Source of the DNA: a candidate division WOR-3 bacterium | Lineage (GTDB): Bacteria > Hydrothermota > Tepidihabitantia > SM23-42 > JAOAFX01 | DNA length: 13,839 bases | Reading direction: 5' to 3' | NCBI GenBank assembly: GCA_037444665.1 | Contig: JBBILZ010000057.1 | Span: forward strand, 1 to 13,839 | In this document: positions 10,805-13,839 of the stretch, piece by piece | Layout: the number at the start of each line of letters is the position of its first letter | Numbering within the stretch: position 1 is the stretch's first letter | Notes under the pieces: generated by a model | Databases searched by the model: none | What the model was told of the DNA's origin: nothing | The model's input: the letters and a program-made list of their open reading frames with translations, nothing else | Made by a program: the position numbers and the translations under genes

Positions 10805-11770
10805 ATGATTACTTTTAAGTCAGGAGATGTAACTGACAAGGGCGGTAGCCTGTCCAATTTCATAGCGGATTCCTTCCCCTTAAAGGCTGTCTGTTGTTTC
10901 AAAGGATCAAAAAGCGAAGGATGGTATGCTATAGATGATTGCAAAAACGCAGATCCTTCAATTAATTTAATAGAATGGGCTCAATGCGAACCAGGCGAAT
11001 ATGCTTTACTCTGCAACCAAAGCAGCGATATTTTCGCAAAATTCACACAAGAGTTGAAAAAAGGAACACAAGCACCTCCTGAGCGAAATACAAGCATTAA
11101 TTGGATTGTTTATATGCCTCCTCAAGGCTTGACAGAAAATAATACAGAAGAATTACTCAATAGTGGATTGCCTCTTGATTATGTTGCTTACTGGGATCCA
11201 GAAAAGCAGTTACAGTTTGGAAGCGCTAGAGGCAATACAACTTATCAAGGAAGTTTTGATTTCTTGTTAAGGTTATTAAACAAACTTCTTCCAGGGCAAT
11301 ATCTTGATTATGTTAAGAATGGTGCAGTTTTTGGCGGCAATCCAGGGCCGGGCGATATTGTTATAACAGGGCCTTTTGACTTGGAATTTGGCAAGCCTTA
11401 TTTCATTAGTGCAACTTATGATTTTGATAGATGGACTTGGGTCGGAAAGGTGCCTGAGCGAGTGACTTTTGAGTTGAAATATGGTCCTGAAAATTCAGCT
11501 CATGAGAATTATATTGTGTTACCTTTAGATACAACAATTAAGAAAGCAAGCCAGTTGTGCGATATAAGGGATGAAAATGGGAATCAGATTTTGGATCAAA
11601 ATCCATATACTGGTTTCATTGAATGGTGGGACCCTCTTCAGCAACGAAGAGTAACTAGCACCAGAAGTTGTTCATATATCATTCAATATCCTCAATTTGA
11701 TTTTGATATTGAGCCAGGAAAAGTTTATCTTATATTTGTGCAAAGAGATGCAGTTTGGGAACAAATATAA
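10805..11770 (+). CDS. Hypothetical protein with 2-3 degenerate repeat modules (N-W/Y-I-V-x-x-P ... W-D-P ... F-D-I/L-E-x-G-K-x-Y); possibly N-truncated
   Basis: Long ORF with internal similarity between INWIVY..YWDPEKQ..FDLEFGKPYFI and ENYIVLP..WWDPLQQ..FDIEPGKVYLI; no signal peptide. Confidence 0.7.
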   Translation: MITFKSGDVTDKGGSLSNFIADSFPLKAVCCFKGSKSEGWYAIDDCKNADPSINLIEWAQCEPGEYALLCNQSSDIFAKFTQELKKGTQAPPERNTSINWIVYMPPQGLTENNTEELLNSGLPLDYVAYWDPEKQLQFGSARGNTTYQGSFDFLLRLLNKLLPGQYLDYVKNGAVFGGNPGPGDIVITGPFDLEFGKPYFISATYDFDRWTWVGKVPERVTFELKYGPENSAHENYIVLPLDTTIKKASQLCDIRDENGNQILDQNPYTGFIEWWDPLQQRRVTSTRSCSYIIQYPQFDFDIEPGKVYLIFVQRDAVWEQI

Positions 11771-11787
11771 CTTTGTAGTAGTAAAAT

Positions 11788-11802
11788 AGAAAGATTTAAA
11801 TA
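11788..11802 (+). promoter_or_regulatory. Archaeal-style BRE-TATA element
   Basis: AGAAAGA-TTTAAATA, with the TATA centre ~26 nt upstream of the ATG at 11824; no SD. Confidence 0.5.
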
Positions 11803-11823
11803 TTTATTTTAGTTATTTTATAA

Positions 11824-12726
11824 ATGGTAAAAGGATTATCCAATAAAATATTTGGGATTTTTGGAATTCTGAGTATGATTTATCTAACAACACCAAAAAA
11901 AACAGAAGCAGTTCCAATTTCTGGTTTTTTTATTAACTCGCCTCAATGCAGTGTTAAAGTTTATAGAAAACCTACGGGCCCAATTGATACCTTAAAGACA
12001 AAAACTGATGATTGGTGCGGATGGGTTATTGAGACAGCAAACTTTAATCCACCAGCAGGAACAGGCGAAACACTTTATGTTTATGGGGGCTGGAATCTTG
12101 AAGGCAGTGCAAAGACATTTGTAATAAGAGGTCCTCCTGAGTATAATTCTTTAGACTTGAACCTTAATAAACACGCTGCCTGCATTAAAGATGTTTATGA
12201 TTCAACGTATTTTAATAGTGCTCCTTTGAAATTGATTTATTGGATAAATGGCTTTCCACCGGAGACAACTCAAGTCGACACTGGAGGACAAGGTTTAGAT
12301 CATTACTACGACATCCATGCTCCATTTGATACTTTACAAGCTGTACAGGGAGCACAAGCTCATTTTAGACTTGAAAAAGTTAGAGCAGATACAACTTTTT
12401 ATAGAAACTTAGATTTTGTTATTGATAAAACAAGATTTGATGCTCAATTAGTTAGGGACACAATATACTTAACTCGAGATAGTTTTGTTATAGGTGTTGT
12501 TGAAGAGAATTTAGAAAAGAGAGTTAAAGGTGGAAGGCTAATTGTTAAGCCGAATCCTGCAAAGAATTATATTGTCTCAAATTATGAGGCAGTTTTGTAT
12601 GATGCTTTGGGAAGGCAAGTCAGGAAAATAGATGAAGGCAAAAATGTTATTGATTTGAATTCTGGTGTTTATTTTATCAAGAGAGAAGATGATAACGATG
12701 TTAAAAAGTTGGTGATTTTGAGGTGA
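11824..12726 (+). CDS. Secreted protein with T9SS type A (Por) sorting C-terminal domain
   Basis: Signal-peptide-like N-terminus (K..hydrophobic..TEA|V); C-terminal ~75 aa GVVEE...IVKPNP...LYDALGRQV...LNSGVYFI...KKLVILR matches the T9SS CTD pattern. Confidence 0.8.
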   Translation: MVKGLSNKIFGIFGILSMIYLTTPKKTEAVPISGFFINSPQCSVKVYRKPTGPIDTLKTKTDDWCGWVIETANFNPPAGTGETLYVYGGWNLEGSAKTFVIRGPPEYNSLDLNLNKHAACIKDVYDSTYFNSAPLKLIYWINGFPPETTQVDTGGQGLDHYYDIHAPFDTLQAVQGAQAHFRLEKVRADTTFYRNLDFVIDKTRFDAQLVRDTIYLTRDSFVIGVVEENLEKRVKGGRLIVKPNPAKNYIVSNYEAVLYDALGRQVRKIDEGKNVIDLNSGVYFIKREDDNDVKKLVILR

Positions 12727-12728
12727 AG
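12697..12728 (+). repeat. 32-bp direct repeat, left copy (3' end of the T9SS-CTD gene including its stop)
   Basis: GATGTTAAAAAGTTGGTGATTTTGAGGTGAAG; 31/32 identical to 13799-13830. Confidence 0.92.
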
Positions 12729-12746
12729 CGTCAGGAGCCGATGTTT

Positions 12747-12807
12747 GTTTATAATTTATGAACGAAAAGTTTATAAAACATGAACAAATGGTTTATATGT
12801 TATGAAC
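12747..12807. promoter_or_regulatory. Three 17-bp imperfect palindromic operators GTTTATA-N3-YATGAAC at 22-bp period, overlapping a BRE-TATA-like box
   Basis: 12747 GTTTATAATTTATGAAC, 12769 GTTTATAAAACATGAAC, 12791 GTTTATATGTTATGAAC; CGAAAAG-TTTATAAA at 12763-12777. Confidence 0.8.
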
Positions 12808-13350
12808 ATGTTGAATATAGAAAAAATATTTTCTACAAAAGAAAGAATAAAAATTTTAAATCAAGTTATATTTTGGGAAAGGCCTTTTGGTGTTAGCGAA
12901 ATAGCAAAGGAATTGAATTTAAGTAAAGGGCTAATTTCAAAATATTTTGACATTCTTGCAAAAGAAGGAATTCTAAAAAGAATAAAAGGAAAATTTAGTG
13001 TTGAAACTAATCCTAAGGTTAAAGGCATAAAAATTTTATTAAATATCCAAAAAATTGATTTTAGTTTTTTTAAAAAATACAAATTTATAAAAGCAATTGG
13101 TTTGTATGGTAGTTGTGCTAAAGGTACAAATACGGAAAGTTCTGATATAGATTTATGGATAAAAATAGAAAAAGCCAAAGACGAAGATATAGCGAAACTT
13201 AGTTCAGAACTTAGAAACAAAATAAAAAATATTAAAATTTTAGTATTAGATAATGAAAAGCTGAAACTATTAAAGAAGAAGGACGCTTTGTTTTATCATT
13301 CTTTGCATTTTGGTTCAATAATTTTATATGGAAACGAAAATGAAATTTGA
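12802..13350 (+). CDS. wHTH-MNT (minimal nucleotidyltransferase) antitoxin-like protein
   Basis: N-terminal HTH (GVSEIAKELNLSKGLISKYFDILAKEGIL) and GS-x10-DxD NTase motif (LYGSCAKGTNTESSDIDLWI). Alternative start at 12808. Confidence 0.9.
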   Translation: MNMLNIEKIFSTKERIKILNQVIFWERPFGVSEIAKELNLSKGLISKYFDILAKEGILKRIKGKFSVETNPKVKGIKILLNIQKIDFSFFKKYKFIKAIGLYGSCAKGTNTESSDIDLWIKIEKAKDEDIAKLSSELRNKIKNIKILVLDNEKLKLLKKKDALFYHSLHFGSIILYGNENEI

Positions 13351-13774
13351 TATTGACAAGTTAATTGAATTAAAATTGTTAAGAAAAATTCCTCAATCAA
13401 TGGAAAAAGCTAAGGAAAGTATTCATACTGCAGAAAGTTGGCTAAAAGAAGCAGAGAAAAATCTTCGGAGCGAGGCTTTTAATTCTTGCATATTGACTAG
13501 CTATTTAGTTATGTTTCATTCGGCAAGGGCAATTTTATTCAAAGATGGATTTAGAGAAAAATCACATTTTGCTGTTGCAAGATATTTGGAAAATAAATAT
13601 GTAAACAAAAAGTTGTTAGAAAAAAAGTGGATTGATGTATTAGATCATTATCGAGAAACAAGGCACGAAGATCAATATGGCGTTGTTTTTCTTGTAACAG
13701 AAGAAGAGGCTAAAAGAGCATTACAATCTGCAGAAGAATTCTTGGAGAGAATGAAAAGATTATTGAGGATTTAG
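13328..13774 (+). CDS. HEPN domain protein (COG1895/UPF0332-like), partner of the MNT
   Basis: A...L..A...L, SYLVMFHSARAIL, KSH, RHEDQY and EEAKRALQSAEEFL patterns; overlaps the MNT stop. Alternative start at 13340. Confidence 0.88.
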   Translation: METKMKFDIDKLIELKLLRKIPQSMEKAKESIHTAESWLKEAEKNLRSEAFNSCILTSYLVMFHSARAILFKDGFREKSHFAVARYLENKYVNKKLLEKKWIDVLDHYRETRHEDQYGVVFLVTEEEAKRALQSAEEFLERMKRLLRI

Positions 13775-13798
13775 TTGGTTAATCATTTTAATTAAGAT

Positions 13799-13830
13799 GA
13801 TGTTGAAAAGTTGGTGATTTTGAGGTGAAG
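13799..13830 (+). repeat. 32-bp direct repeat, right copy (orphan copy of the T9SS-CTD gene's 3' end)
   Basis: GATGTTGAAAAGTTGGTGATTTTGAGGTGAAG; encodes DVEKLVILR* but has an in-frame TAA at 13793-13795 just upstream. Confidence 0.92.
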
Positions 13831-13839
13831 TTGTGTGAA

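Noticed and set aside
12747..12807. Three repeats as a mini-CRISPR array
   Set aside because: 17-bp units with only 5-bp gaps, overlapping a start codon, and no cas genes; fits operators.
12697..13830. Integron cassette or classical IS target-site duplication
   Set aside because: No attC-like palindrome, integrase, transposase or terminal inverted repeats; 32 bp is much longer than typical IS duplications.
13820..13839. GAGGTGA as the SD of a new gene at the window end
   Set aside because: Possible, but the window ends before an ORF can be evaluated, and the motif is already explained by the direct repeat.

Overview
AT-rich prokaryotic window in three parts. (1) 1-3795: the 3' part of a transketolase gene, a DUF6922-like/AbiEii-nucleotidyltransferase pair (putative type IV toxin-antitoxin) and a minus-strand PpiD/SurA-type chaperone. 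(2) 3908-10347: a complete F0F1 ATP synthase operon atpB-E-F-H-A-G-D-C, with no atpI, an H+-type c subunit, a short delta and apparently leaderless atpB. (3) From ~10390 to the end: an accessory patchwork of a C-rich decamer repeat, an IS5-like transposase scrap, a hypothetical repeat-module protein, a secreted protein with a T9SS/Por-type C-terminal domain and a wHTH-MNT/HEPN pair. The most unusual signals are in part 3. The MNT-HEPN module is bracketed by a 32-bp direct repeat (31/32 identical) that copies the last codons of the T9SS-CTD gene. Its promoter carries three 17-bp imperfect palindromes at exact 22-bp spacing. Both the T9SS-CTD gene and the MNT gene have archaeal-style BRE-TATA boxes at leaderless spacing, right next to a bacterial core operon. 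Taxonomic statements (WOR-3/FCB-like host, CPR/Chloroflexi-like ATPase, DPANN-like island) are pattern-recognition inferences, not search results.
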